Below are positions 1 to 8,137 of a DNA stretch of 64,000 bases, piece by piece; position 1 is the stretch's first letter; each line of letters starts with the position of its first letter. The stretch comes from a virus. A program made the position numbers and the translations under genes. The notes beneath the pieces were generated by a model. It was not told the DNA's origin. It was given only the letters and a program-made list of their open reading frames with translations, and ran no database searches. The stretch is from the IMG/VR virus record IMGVR_UViG_3300032252_000001, positions 5,459 to 69,458 of that record; one strand, written 5' to 3'.

Positions 1-35
1 CCATTACCTTGTCGCCTGTCTCTTTGCTCCACGGG

Positions 36-572
36 TCACCCATCACTGTCTCCCTGCTCTGTGGCTGCTACGATTCCACCTCCCTTGCATCGCGGACACA
101 TAATACCCTCAACCATGCCGCCACTTGATGCACTACAAACTGGTGTAAGCAAACCGATGTCTGCCTCAAGCACCTCGACTCTGGCTTGCAGGCGTTCGAT
201 AGTTTCCTGCTGTGTGATACCCACGTTTCGTAATGTCCTATTTTCAGCAGCCAGTTCCGCTATGCGCTTCTCCCCATCGGCTACTAGGTCTACCAGCTCT
301 CTCAGGTGCAGGATGGCAGGCTTCAGAGCCTTGGCGATCATGTGCCGTCCCATGTGTGCGCTGGCTCTGGTGATCAGGTTGCGCTTCTCCAGTGTGTCGT
401 AGTCACCGATGCTGTCTTCTATGGGTATCTTGAAGCCTTCAAGGGGTGTGAATACGTCTTCAGGGTAAGCATCACACCAGCCGATCAGTCTGTTCAGTTC
501 CTCATCGAAGTCGGTCTCGTCCTCGCTGAAGTCCATAATCTCTGCTGCAAGGTGCTTAGGGATTTGTATCAT
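36..572 (-). CDS. hypothetical protein with coiled coil and C-terminal CxxC...CxxC zinc-finger-like motif
   Basis: 178-aa ORF; ATGA overlap with upstream gene; PVCSA...MCPRCKGGG. Confidence 0.7.
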   Translation of the reverse strand: MIQIPKHLAAEIMDFSEDETDFDEELNRLIGWCDAYPEDVFTPLEGFKIPIEDSIGDYDTLEKRNLITRASAHMGRHMIAKALKPAILHLRELVDLVADGEKRIAELAAENRTLRNVGITQQETIERLQARVEVLEADIGLLTPVCSASSGGMVEGIMCPRCKGGGIVAATEQGDSDG

Positions 573-1126
573 GTGCCTATCTTCCTCTTCAGTCTCAGCT
601 GCATGGCAAAGCCAAGGCCCGGTACTGGGCTACCCAGCTTCCAGCCAATCCAGAACTCGCTGTACTTGCCGTCACCGTTAAGCCACACCCTGCGATAGCC
701 GCACTTCCAGTCCTTCCTGACATAGCGGTAGGCAGAGTCCTGACCTGTCAGTGCCAGTATGTTGCCTGCTTCCATTGGCACGTCTATAGACCAGTTAGTC
801 TCCAGCCTGTCCAAGTCTCTCCACGTATTCACGTCAGTAAATACAAAGCGGAAATTGTTGAATGGGTTGCGCACGGCAAACCACCAGAAGCGCGGCCAAT
901 AGCGGATGAACCACGGATGCTCTCGCTTCAGCCACCATTCCGGGCATCCTTCTTCATCGTTGCCCCACACCCACAGGAAATCAGGCCAGTGTTTACTGTG
1001 ATCTCCGGGCACCACGGTCATGTGCTGGGTCGCCAAGGCTATGGGCACCATGATCAGGCCAAGCAGAACCCCGGCGATCTTGATCAGCACCATGGGGATG
1101 AGCAGCAATATGGCGATGACGTTCAT
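569..1126 (-). CDS. phage membrane protein (WGNDEEG / WFAVRNP type)
   Basis: N-terminal hydrophobic helices, Trp-rich; start chosen at MNVIAILL, which overlaps the upstream stop (ATGA). Confidence 0.7.
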   Translation of the reverse strand: MNVIAILLLIPMVLIKIAGVLLGLIMVPIALATQHMTVVPGDHSKHWPDFLWVWGNDEEGCPEWWLKREHPWFIRYWPRFWWFAVRNPFNNFRFVFTDVNTWRDLDRLETNWSIDVPMEAGNILALTGQDSAYRYVRKDWKCGYRRVWLNGDGKYSEFWIGWKLGSPVPGLGFAMQLRLKRKIGT

Positions 1127-1305
1127 TCCTCGTTTACCGTGGTCACGTCGTACCAGTCCCACTTGCCATCCGTGTAGCTGTACTCCCAGCGTTGCAGGAT
1201 GCGCTTGACGCTCGGGTGGCCGGGGTCACTACGGTCATGGCGCTGTACGAAGCGCAGGTCGCCACCGCTCGCACCATAGTTGCCGTAGTCTGGATTACTT
1301 GCCAC
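1123..1305 (-). CDS. small hypothetical protein
   Basis: 60-aa ORF coupled to neighbours; LRFVQR...RILQRW. Confidence 0.55.
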   Translation of the reverse strand: MASNPDYGNYGASGGDLRFVQRHDRSDPGHPSVKRILQRWEYSYTDGKWDWYDVTTVNEE

Positions 1306-1429
1306 TTGGTGCTTCCTCTTCCATGATCTGCCACTGGAGCGCCCAGTAACTGTCCCCTAGTTTCTTCTTTGCACTGCGCTTGCCGCCAAGGGTCTTGATC
1401 AGCATTGCAACTGCTTCTGATAGTGCCAT
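1295..1429 (-). CDS. small hypothetical protein (44 aa, not in ORF track)
   Basis: Hand translation MALSEAVAMLIKTLGGKRSAKKKLGDSYWALQWQIMEEEAPSGK*; GGGAGA RBS upstream. Confidence 0.55.
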   Translation of the reverse strand: MALSEAVAMLIKTLGGKRSAKKKLGDSYWALQWQIMEEEAPSGK

Positions 1430-1442
1430 CGTTTTCTCCCGT

Positions 1443-1628
1443 TCATAGGTCCCATTCCATGTATGCGGCTACCGCTGCCTCGTCAGGGTCTGCGCCCTTG
1501 CTTCTGGCTGTGGCGTAGGTTGCGCACCATTCAACTTGTAAGCCAAACCTCTCGACTACTGGATCAGACAGCGCATCCCTGACTTTCGCCATGTCCTGCT
1601 CGTCAACGCCATAGCCGCCAGATGGCAT
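1443..1628 (-). CDS. small hypothetical protein
   Basis: 61-aa ORF packed in the operon. Confidence 0.55.
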   Translation of the reverse strand: MPSGGYGVDEQDMAKVRDALSDPVVERFGLQVEWCATYATARSKGADPDEAAVAAYMEWDL

Positions 1629-1631
1629 GTG

Positions 1632-1946
1632 TTACACGTCTTCGATTACAACGGCAAAGTCGCCACGGCCAACCGGTGCGCCAAGCACCTGACCTGTCGC
1701 GAACATCGGCGCTGAGCGTCGGCCATCCGTATCAATGTGAACCAGCTCGAACTCATAGGCTCCCACGGCAATGCCGTCCACGATGAACTGCGTCTCGGTC
1801 GGCGGGATGCCCACAGCCGGTGACCAGTTGTTGCCGCCATCGGCTGATGTTCTGATCTCACTGCCCAGCAGCTCGGTTGCTGCGTCGAACGGTGTGCCGC
1901 CATCACGTTCTACCGGTTGACTCCATGATGCTATCGCTCGTGCCAT
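1632..1946 (-). CDS. fibronectin type III-like beta-sandwich protein
   Basis: ASWSQP...YEFELVHIDTDGRRSAP pattern typical of FN3 folds. Confidence 0.6.
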   Translation of the reverse strand: MARAIASWSQPVERDGGTPFDAATELLGSEIRTSADGGNNWSPAVGIPPTETQFIVDGIAVGAYEFELVHIDTDGRRSAPMFATGQVLGAPVGRGDFAVVIEDV

Positions 1947-2036
1947 CGTCTATCTCCACTCTAAAGTTTCTGGCCACTGGTGGCCCTTTGTCATCGCAGA
2001 ACCAGCCGAATCGTCGGCATAGCCAGCGCCTTATTG

Positions 2037-2606
2037 CTACCCACATTCCGCTACCAGCATTACTGGTCTGGCTGTTGACCCATCTAGCCACGTGTAGCTG
2101 CCTTGCGGTACTCGGTAATACCCGTTCGCACTCTGCGTCACGTCACATTGGGTGTCAGCATCCATGGTAGCCATGGGGATCATCCACCAGCCGGTACTGA
2201 TCATGACCGGCTGATACGCGGTGCTTCCTGCCAGTGCCTTGAACTCTGTCACCGTCTTCACGACATTGGTGGTCGTGCGAGACTCTACTGGGTCCAAGTT
2301 CTCATCCAGCACGTAAGCGGTAGCGACGTAGGTGTACTCTCCCGGCAGCTTGCCGGTCAACGTCACAGAGGTGAGTGCAGGATCGCTGGTCTCAGCTACC
2401 AGCTCATAGACACGAATGCCCTTGAGGTCTGGTAGTGGACCAGCGTTGGTGCATTGCTCCTGCTCAACCGGGTTCGTCCAGCTAAGCGTTACCTCTCCCG
2501 CATGGACCAGCGACGCTCCCCATGCCAGCCACATCACCACGCAGAACGTCAGGGCTATGAACAGATAGCGTATCTTCCTGTTGAAGTTCTTCAACCCGTT
2601 CTCCAT
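2037..2606 (-). CDS. exported FN3/Ig-like protein with signal peptide
   Basis: Basic plus hydrophobic N-terminus ending VHA-G; VTLSWTNP...GEYTYVATAY; start uncertain (2606 or 2642). Confidence 0.6.
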   Translation of the reverse strand: MENGLKNFNRKIRYLFIALTFCVVMWLAWGASLVHAGEVTLSWTNPVEQEQCTNAGPLPDLKGIRVYELVAETSDPALTSVTLTGKLPGEYTYVATAYVLDENLDPVESRTTTNVVKTVTEFKALAGSTAYQPVMISTGWWMIPMATMDADTQCDVTQSANGYYRVPQGSYTWLDGSTARPVMLVAECG

Positions 2607-2868
2607 ATTTGCGCACCATTCGCTCGACCTCTTTGTTGTCACGAGCGATCATCACGCAGTCGTCACGCTTCAGTGCGTGTTGTTCCCATTCCTTCCCGCG
2701 TATCTTCATGTACGCAATCAGGCTGCGTCTGGCTGCGTCCCTCACTACCGTCTTACGGTGATGCTGGAGCTTCCATTTCTCCATCCCATGGAGCTTCTGC
2801 TCTTCCTTGCGAATCGTCCTCGCTTCGTCTGCGAGGTTCTTGATCTTGATTTTCAGTTCTACTGACAT
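2482..2868 (-). CDS. basic hypothetical phage protein
   Basis: MSVELKIKIKNLADEARTIRKEE; GGAGA RBS. Confidence 0.65.
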   Translation of the reverse strand: MSVELKIKIKNLADEARTIRKEEQKLHGMEKWKLQHHRKTVVRDAARRSLIAYMKIRGKEWEQHALKRDDCVMIARDNKEVERMVRKYGERVEELQQEDTLSVHSPDVLRGDVAGMGSVAGPCGRGNA

Positions 2869-2998
2869 GTGTTTCTCTCCAAAATAAATACGTATGAAGT
2901 GAGTGAACGATTGCCGGGTCAGGCAACCGCTCCACATGTCTACGGGGGTCCTCTACATTCACCAGAACCTGTTCATCGTCTGTCCTTTCCTTTGTTGT

Positions 2999-3076
2999 TG
3001 GAGTCGCTGCCCGGACTCGAACCGGGACCGCTGGGATTGAAAGCCCACCGCTCTACGCTATTTGAGCTACAGCGAC
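2999..3076 (-). tRNA. tRNA, most likely Glu(TTC), with atypical anticodon arm and encoded CCA
   Basis: GTCGCTG/CAGCGAC acceptor stem, GCTC/GAGC D stem, CCCGG-TTCGAGT-CCGGG T arm, 3' T-CCA; anticodon arm GTGGG-CTTTCAAT-CCCAG. Confidence 0.8.
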
Positions 3077-3083
3077 TTGTTGT

Positions 3084-3263
3084 TCACTTGTCTCGGCAGT
3101 GCTTGTTACGCTTCATTCCACCATGGCCAGCAGGACCACCCTTGTCCACGCCCTTGATGGTGCCCTTGTTCTTCGAGGCATAGAAGACGCGCTCACCGGC
3201 CTTGTCGCCGTACTCGCTTTTCATGGCCCCCATGATTTTCTTGCCCTTCTTTGTCATCGGCAT
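3084..3263 (-). CDS. small basic phage protein (59 aa, not in ORF track)
   Basis: MPMTKKGKKIMGAMKSEYGDKAGERVFYASKNKGTIKGV...; AGGAG RBS. Confidence 0.75.
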   Translation of the reverse strand: MPMTKKGKKIMGAMKSEYGDKAGERVFYASKNKGTIKGVDKGGPAGHGGMKRNKHCRDK

Positions 3264-3272
3264 AACATTCTC

Positions 3273-3572
3273 CTATTGAGCCAGAGCCTGCACCGCAGTA
3301 CGCAGGTCCTTGATGTCATCGCGGTTCAGGTTGGTTGTGGTCTCGATCCGAATCAGCGTGTTGTTGATTGCCACCAGTGCCTCGGCCTGTGACATGCCTG
3401 AGTCGGTCTCCATCTCTGCGGCGATGACCTCCTTGGCAATGGCCTCGATCTGATCACGGGCCAGCGCATCACTGCCCTGACTCCACACGCCAGTGGCCCA
3501 GCCAACCATTCCGGTGACCACCACTGCGATAAACGTCGAGACTGCGGTTGCAATCATCGCCCTCTTGTCCAT
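3273..3572 (-). CDS. single-TM membrane protein with coiled coil
   Basis: Hydrophobic N-terminal helix; coupled to upstream stop. Confidence 0.65.
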   Translation of the reverse strand: MDKRAMIATAVSTFIAVVVTGMVGWATGVWSQGSDALARDQIEAIAKEVIAAEMETDSGMSQAEALVAINNTLIRIETTTNLNRDDIKDLRTAVQALAQ

Positions 3573-4528
3573 TAGCTGCCCTCTTTGTCTTTGCTCAGTG
3601 CCTTGAGTGCGGCAGCTCGGCGTGCGGCATCAGCTTCCTCCTTCTCTTTTTGCTCGGCCCGGAGTCTGGCCGCTTCCCGCTTTAGTCGCTCAAGTTCTGC
3701 CTGCTTGTCTTCGTGATCAGCTTTGAGGGACTCAATCAGGGTCTGCTGTTGTGCGTATCGGTATTCTTGCTGCTCGGCAAGGTCTTCCAGCTCTTCCTTG
3801 GAGACCTGAGCCACCACCATCTCGTTGTACTCTTCCTGCGTAACATACACGCCATCTTGCTCCATGGGCGGCGGCGGTGCGGCAGCTGGTGCAAGGTGGG
3901 CAAGATCGATCTTCATGGGCCTGTCATCACCGAACTCGAAACCGAAGCTCGCACGTGCCGCTGTCTCACCACCTGAATGACCCATGGCGAACGTGAGGCC
4001 AGCATTGTTGTCTCTGTTGAACATGTACGCATAACCAAAGCCGATGGCTGTCTTGCCCTCGATTGTGGCCATGTTCAGGTGCAGGCGTGAGTTCTGGTAC
4101 TGCGGCAGGTGAGTCTCCATCGCTGCCTGTGCAGCCGCAGCCTCGCGCATGTCTTCGCGCCAATTACGGATGGTCTGGAACTCAGTGCGCGTCTCAGTGA
4201 TCCACTCAGTGGGAACTTCACCCGGCTCTCCCTGTGGACCTTGCGGACCCATAGGTCCCGGTGGCCCCTGTGGTCCCGGTGGTCCAGCTGGACCCGGTGG
4301 GCCTTCAGGTCCGGGTGGGCCAGCTGGTCCCGGTGGGCCTTCAGGTCCGGGTGGGCCAGCTGGTCCCGGTGGACCTTCATCACCCGGATAGGTGCAACCT
4401 ACCTCTTGGAATCTTGGGTGATTACAGTCTTCCCAGTCCGTTCCATAGGCCAGCTGAATACACGCCAGCCAAAACATCGCGACGAGAAGCAGCCCTACAG
4501 CAACCGTTCTTGCTTGCCTTCGTACCAC
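3572..4528 (-). CDS. collagen-repeat protein with YadA-like beta-anchor and C-terminal coiled coil
   Basis: Signal-peptide-like N-terminus (GTG 4528 after AAGGGG; ORF extends to 4612); (GPP/GPA/GPE)n; AAAAQAAM...TAIGFGYAY...ASFGFEF resembles trimeric autotransporter anchor. Confidence 0.7.
   Translation of the reverse strand: MVRRQARTVAVGLLLVAMFWLACIQLAYGTDWEDCNHPRFQEVGCTYPGDEGPPGPAGPPGPEGPPGPAGPPGPEGPPGPAGPPGPQGPPGPMGPQGPQGEPGEVPTEWITETRTEFQTIRNWREDMREAAAAQAAMETHLPQYQNSRLHLNMATIEGKTAIGFGYAYMFNRDNNAGLTFAMGHSGGETAARASFGFEFGDDRPMKIDLAHLAPAAAPPPPMEQDGVYVTQEEYNEMVVAQVSKEELEDLAEQQEYRYAQQQTLIESLKADHEDKQAELERLKREAARLRAEQKEKEEADAARRAAALKALSKDKEGS
4220..4381 (-). repeat. collagen G-X-Y coding tandem repeats, including near-perfect 36-bp units
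   Basis: GGTCCCGGTGGGCCTTCAGGTCCGGGTGGGCCAGCT repeated; encodes [12 protein letters not shown]. Confidence 0.9.
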
Positions 4529-4618
4529 AGCAATCCCCTTATTTTTTCTCGTGTCAAAAACCCCTGCCTCCACAGCTGGCGTAATGCTTTCTGCGCCGTG
4601 CTGTATGCGCACGAGTAC

Positions 4619-4924
4619 CTACTGCTCGCTCCCCGAATCGACAACTTTGTACCGGGAGTCAAGTCCTGCATAATCTGATCCGATCTCGCCATCTGTCCAG
4701 CCGCCTATATTCGACTGCGGCAACTCAACGTACTGATGAAAATCTTTGAGTGCCAGAGTCACGAAACGACGCTCTCCACTTTCCAGCTCAATCTTTATCC
4801 AAATCAGCTGAGAATTTGGCACCGCGCCTCTTGGAAACACCAACTCAGAGGATACCACCTGAGTAGGTAAAAAGCGTTCATTTTTACATACGTGATCCAA
4901 GTTTATTTCATAGCCGCGCTTCAT
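4619..4924 (-). CDS. hypothetical protein
   Basis: 101-aa ORF, ATGA overlap. Confidence 0.6.
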   Translation of the reverse strand: MKRGYEINLDHVCKNERFLPTQVVSSELVFPRGAVPNSQLIWIKIELESGERRFVTLALKDFHQYVELPQSNIGGWTDGEIGSDYAGLDSRYKVVDSGSEQ

Positions 4925-5178
4925 CGGTCTGGCACTACCAGCCCCGTTCCTTTCTCGCCCATGATCTCCTGAATCTCTGCTTCAGCAAACGTGCCACGCA
5001 ACATCGACAAGAACTTGAACACCGTGAACTGGGCCTCGCTCAGCTGCTCTATATCTTCGGGTAGTTCCTCGCCCTCATCGAGATTGAAGTCTGCGCCAAA
5101 CTCAAGACCAATTTCACCCTCTGGTGCTGGAATGTCTTTGACCATCAGGTAGCACACCCTGTCTTTGCTCTCGCTCAC
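4921..5178 (-). CDS. acidic hypothetical protein
   Basis: 85-aa ORF, GTGA overlap with terS. Confidence 0.6.
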   Translation of the reverse strand: MSESKDRVCYLMVKDIPAPEGEIGLEFGADFNLDEGEELPEDIEQLSEAQFTVFKFLSMLRGTFAEAEIQEIMGEKGTGLVVPDR

Positions 5179-5789
5179 TTCTTTACCTCTTTGTAGTTGC
5201 CTTCAATCGCAGCTGGCTTTGTCATGATTCCGACGAAAGACTTCTTCAGCTCTGCCAGCTGTTCTGGTGATGCGTTTTTGAATGGGTTGGTGTGCCCACT
5301 GACCAGTTTAAGTTTGTCGTCAAAGATACCGAAATGCCTTCCCATCTGTTGCAGTGCGTTGGCCTTGTCAGACAAGACGTAAGTATATTCCTGTCGCTCG
5401 AACTCAACCAGTTCGCCGTCAATTGTGTGCCTGTGATTTCTAAACGTCGTGTTCACCTTCTCGACCACGGCTCGTTGCTCTGGTGTCAACTCTTCAGGTG
5501 ACTTGTACATCCATGCGCCGGGAATCTGTGGGTCCGGCTTCAGAAAGCTCACCCGGTCCACAAAGGCGATCTTGGAGTACTCGTTGACAACATCGGTAGC
5601 CGACTTGTCTGCCACCTCGTTTAGTCTGGCCCGGATGCGCTTGATCTCCGCAACAATCTCTGGGTTCTCCAATAGCTTGTTGCTTTTTCCTTTGGCGTAT
5701 TTCGCTGTATAGCCAGCACTGAGACAGGCGGCATGTGCGGTCTCGCCCTTGGCATAGAAGCGGCAGAACTCTCGTTGTCTTGGGGTCAT
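5175..5789 (-). CDS. terS: terminase small subunit
   Basis: MTPRQREFCRFY...AACLSAGY...LLENPEI N-terminal HTH; DKANALQQMGRHFGIF C-terminal motif. Confidence 0.85.
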   Translation of the reverse strand: MTPRQREFCRFYAKGETAHAACLSAGYTAKYAKGKSNKLLENPEIVAEIKRIRARLNEVADKSATDVVNEYSKIAFVDRVSFLKPDPQIPGAWMYKSPEELTPEQRAVVEKVNTTFRNHRHTIDGELVEFERQEYTYVLSDKANALQQMGRHFGIFDDKLKLVSGHTNPFKNASPEQLAELKKSFVGIMTKPAAIEGNYKEVKK

Positions 5790-5825
5790 CTCAGAAGTCT
5801 ACCATTCACAGGGACAGATATGTAT

Positions 5826-5888
5826 TTACCACTCATTGATACTTTTTTCACAGTAGGTGTTGACTACTGATTCCATCGGAACTATAGT
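5826..5888 (+). promoter_or_regulatory. sigma70-like promoter with two 17-bp operator-like boxes
   Basis: TTGACT(5860)-17 bp-TATAGT(5883); boxes at 5826 and 5847. Confidence 0.7.
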
Positions 5889-5914
5889 AGGGCCATCGAA
5901 AAGAGGAAGAGGAA

Positions 5915-6235
5915 ATGAGGTTAATCGTACTTTACAACATGGAAAGAACCCGCTTTGGTCGCTGGTTCATGGAAGGATACCCGGCAAAGTTTCATGCCCT
6001 TCCTTTCGTCGGACTGATGACCTTCACCGGGCCAAAAGAAAGGCGCTGTGACTCTCTCGTCAAGCACGAGCTGATTCACTACTACCAAGCTCAGCGCGAA
6101 GGCTGGCTGATGTGGAACATCCACTACTACCGCGAACTCTGGACTGTCGGCTACATGAATGTCAGTTACGAGATCGAAGCCTACGCAAAGATGTACGAAC
6201 CGCTCACGGAGGGTGAGCGCAGCTTAATAGGATGA
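5915..6235 (+). CDS. small HExxH metallopeptidase-like protein (DUF4157-like)
   Basis: LVKHELIHYYQA...SYEIEAY. Confidence 0.65.
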   Translation: MRLIVLYNMERTRFGRWFMEGYPAKFHALPFVGLMTFTGPKERRCDSLVKHELIHYYQAQREGWLMWNIHYYRELWTVGYMNVSYEIEAYAKMYEPLTEGERSLIG

Positions 6236-7065
6236 GAACAATGTATAGCTACAGAGATGAAGAAAAGATTGAAGTTGGTGTAGAGGTTTACCTTTTCTAC
6301 CCCGGTGGTATGGGCAAACGTGGCCGGTATGAAGGGCCACTGAAGATCACCAAAACCACGAAGACGCAGTTCACCGCTGGTGGCGAGCGCTTCATAAAGA
6401 GTAACGGTCGCAAGGTTGGAAGCCCATACGGACGTTTCTCACCAAGTGTTCAGATCGCAACAGCAGAGGTGAAACGAGAGGTTACCGAGTTTCGTGCTGA
6501 GACCATGCGCCTGAAAGATGCCGCTCGACTGGAAGCCGATTCGGCAGAGAGACAGAGCCGCGAGAAGTACGGCGCGACAGCTATCACCAATGAAGCCATT
6601 CAGGATGCGTGCCTGAAACCGCTACGCTCCCTCGCTGAATGTGGTGAGAAAGAGATGAGCAGCCTGCTCGACGCTTTCAAAGACGTGAGCATCGAGAACG
6701 ATAACTTCTGGAGAGTAGAGGACGCTATCGAGCGCGAGAACCGCAACAACAGCTTCGCGTACGGCAAGGTAATTCGTGACCAAGCGATAACCCTGCACCA
6801 GAGCCTTGTTGACCTGATCCTTGAGTTCGAGGCTGGCACGCGCTACGAGGTTGATGGTGTTGAGATTAAAACGGCTGAAGAGCTGGTGAACAAGAAGCTC
6901 AGGCGCGTCCTGAGCGAACAGTATCGCAGGTTCTTTGGCTACACGTTCAGCAACAGCGACATCAGCACGGCTGACCAGAGGTTCATCACTACGCTGCGCG
7001 AGATACTGGGCGACAGCGAGTACGACGGCCAGCTGAAGCGCATCAAGACAGAAGAGGTGGCGTGA
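6232..7065 (+). CDS. hypothetical early protein
   Basis: 277-aa ORF; N-terminal beta-rich KITKTTKTQF motif, then helical region. Confidence 0.75.
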   Translation: MRTMYSYRDEEKIEVGVEVYLFYPGGMGKRGRYEGPLKITKTTKTQFTAGGERFIKSNGRKVGSPYGRFSPSVQIATAEVKREVTEFRAETMRLKDAARLEADSAERQSREKYGATAITNEAIQDACLKPLRSLAECGEKEMSSLLDAFKDVSIENDNFWRVEDAIERENRNNSFAYGKVIRDQAITLHQSLVDLILEFEAGTRYEVDGVEIKTAEELVNKKLRRVLSEQYRRFFGYTFSNSDISTADQRFITTLREILGDSEYDGQLKRIKTEEVA

Positions 7066-7295
7066 TGAGTCAACAAACGGAACTGGGGCTTTACACCGAC
7101 GCTGATACTGAAACTATCCGGTTTGAGCTGAATGGATGTAAGTACCAAATTAAACGCGACACGTCGCGTCAGCCCCTGATGCCGCAGTGGTACGTGCAGC
7201 GCATGTCCGATCTGCGAACAACTAAACGCTACTACTCGTGGCCAGACGGAGCGTTCTCCGCAGTGTTCTGGGGCCGGTGTGGCTGGGAAGACTAA
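7062..7295 (+). CDS. hypothetical protein
   Basis: 77-aa coupled ORF. Confidence 0.55.
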   Translation: MMSQQTELGLYTDADTETIRFELNGCKYQIKRDTSRQPLMPQWYVQRMSDLRTTKRYYSWPDGAFSAVFWGRCGWED

Positions 7296-7309
7296 ACGAG
7301 GAAACGATC

Positions 7310-7498
7310 ATGATGACAAAAGAGACGGTGCTGTCCGGGGCTAACCACCCCGGCACAGAGTTGGAGATTCTTGAAACTCCAGCTGGAGCCTTTTATCTCG
7401 GCTTCCGTGATGAGGACGGACTGCCATATTCGCGGGAGTCTGTTTACTTTGGTGACCGGGCTTCAGCGTTTCAGGTTTTAGAGTACATGAGGTCATGA
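7310..7498 (+). CDS. hypothetical protein
   Basis: GAGG RBS; AFYLG...GLPYSRESVYF motif. Confidence 0.65.
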   Translation: MMTKETVLSGANHPGTELEILETPAGAFYLGFRDEDGLPYSRESVYFGDRASAFQVLEYMRS

Positions 7499-7527
7499 AA
7501 ATCATGTTCACTAAAATCATGTTCACT
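7498..7527 (+). repeat. 15-bp tandem duplication
   Basis: AAATCATGTTCACTA twice. Confidence 0.8.
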
Positions 7528-7542
7528 AAAGAGGATTTAACC

Positions 7543-7755
7543 ATGAACAGCAAATATAAAATTGTACTGCTTCCTATCGAGGTTCCCGAGGGGCCGTACT
7601 GCTGGAAGGGCGACACGCCCTGCGAGTACTTCGATAACTACGGTGGCCATGGCCGCTGCACGATACCGGGAATGTATGTGCGTGAAGAATCGAAAGGGTC
7701 TTGGAACATTCTCAAAGACCCGAAATGTGCATCAGCAGAAGGAAAACAGTTATGA
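7543..7755 (+). CDS. small Cys-rich hypothetical protein
   Basis: GAGG RBS; four Cys (YC, PCEYF, RC, KC). Confidence 0.6.
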   Translation: MNSKYKIVLLPIEVPEGPYCWKGDTPCEYFDNYGGHGRCTIPGMYVREESKGSWNILKDPKCASAEGKQL

Positions 7756-8030
7756 GTCACAAAGAGAAAATCGCTGAGGGTCGTGACAACAGTCAGCGCT
7801 TGCATCGAACCATGACCAGTTATGGTCTGAGCAGGCGCTGGGTTGCCAAAGCGCTCAAGGTGCGTCTGTCAACGGTAACGCGATGGTTACAGCCAGAGAA
7901 CAGCCCTTCTTATCGAGCAATGTCTGACTCGTATTTGAAGCTGCTGGAGTATGCGATCAACGACCCCGAGAACGGTCAGCTGTACCGCAACCCACCCGAT
8001 CCAGAGGGGGAGCTACCACCACGACCTTAA
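7752..8030 (+). CDS. HTH DNA-binding protein
   Basis: LSRRWVAKALKVRLSTVTRWL XRE-like HTH. Confidence 0.7.
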   Translation: MSHKEKIAEGRDNSQRLHRTMTSYGLSRRWVAKALKVRLSTVTRWLQPENSPSYRAMSDSYLKLLEYAINDPENGQLYRNPPDPEGELPPRP

Positions 8031-8089
8031 CAGTAAGTGTGAATTTTTTATCATTAGGTGTTGACTTCCTTTGGAACATCACCGATACT
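8027..8089 (+). promoter_or_regulatory. sigma70-like promoter with two 17-bp operator-like boxes
   Basis: TTGACT(8061)-17 bp-GATACT(8084); boxes at 8027 and 8048. Confidence 0.7.
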
Positions 8090-8137
8090 TAACGAACTGA
8101 ACCGCTGGGCTGTCTGGCGGTAATTTGGAGAAAAACA

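Noticed and set aside
2999-3076. Opal (UCA) suppressor tRNA implying genome-wide TGA recoding
   Set aside because: Centring UCA in a 7-nt loop destroys the stem. Many genes end at TGA with ATGA coupling, and long genes are intact in the standard code.
4220-4381. 36-bp repeats as a possible CRISPR array
   Set aside because: The units are contiguous with no unique spacers and encode in-frame collagen triplets.
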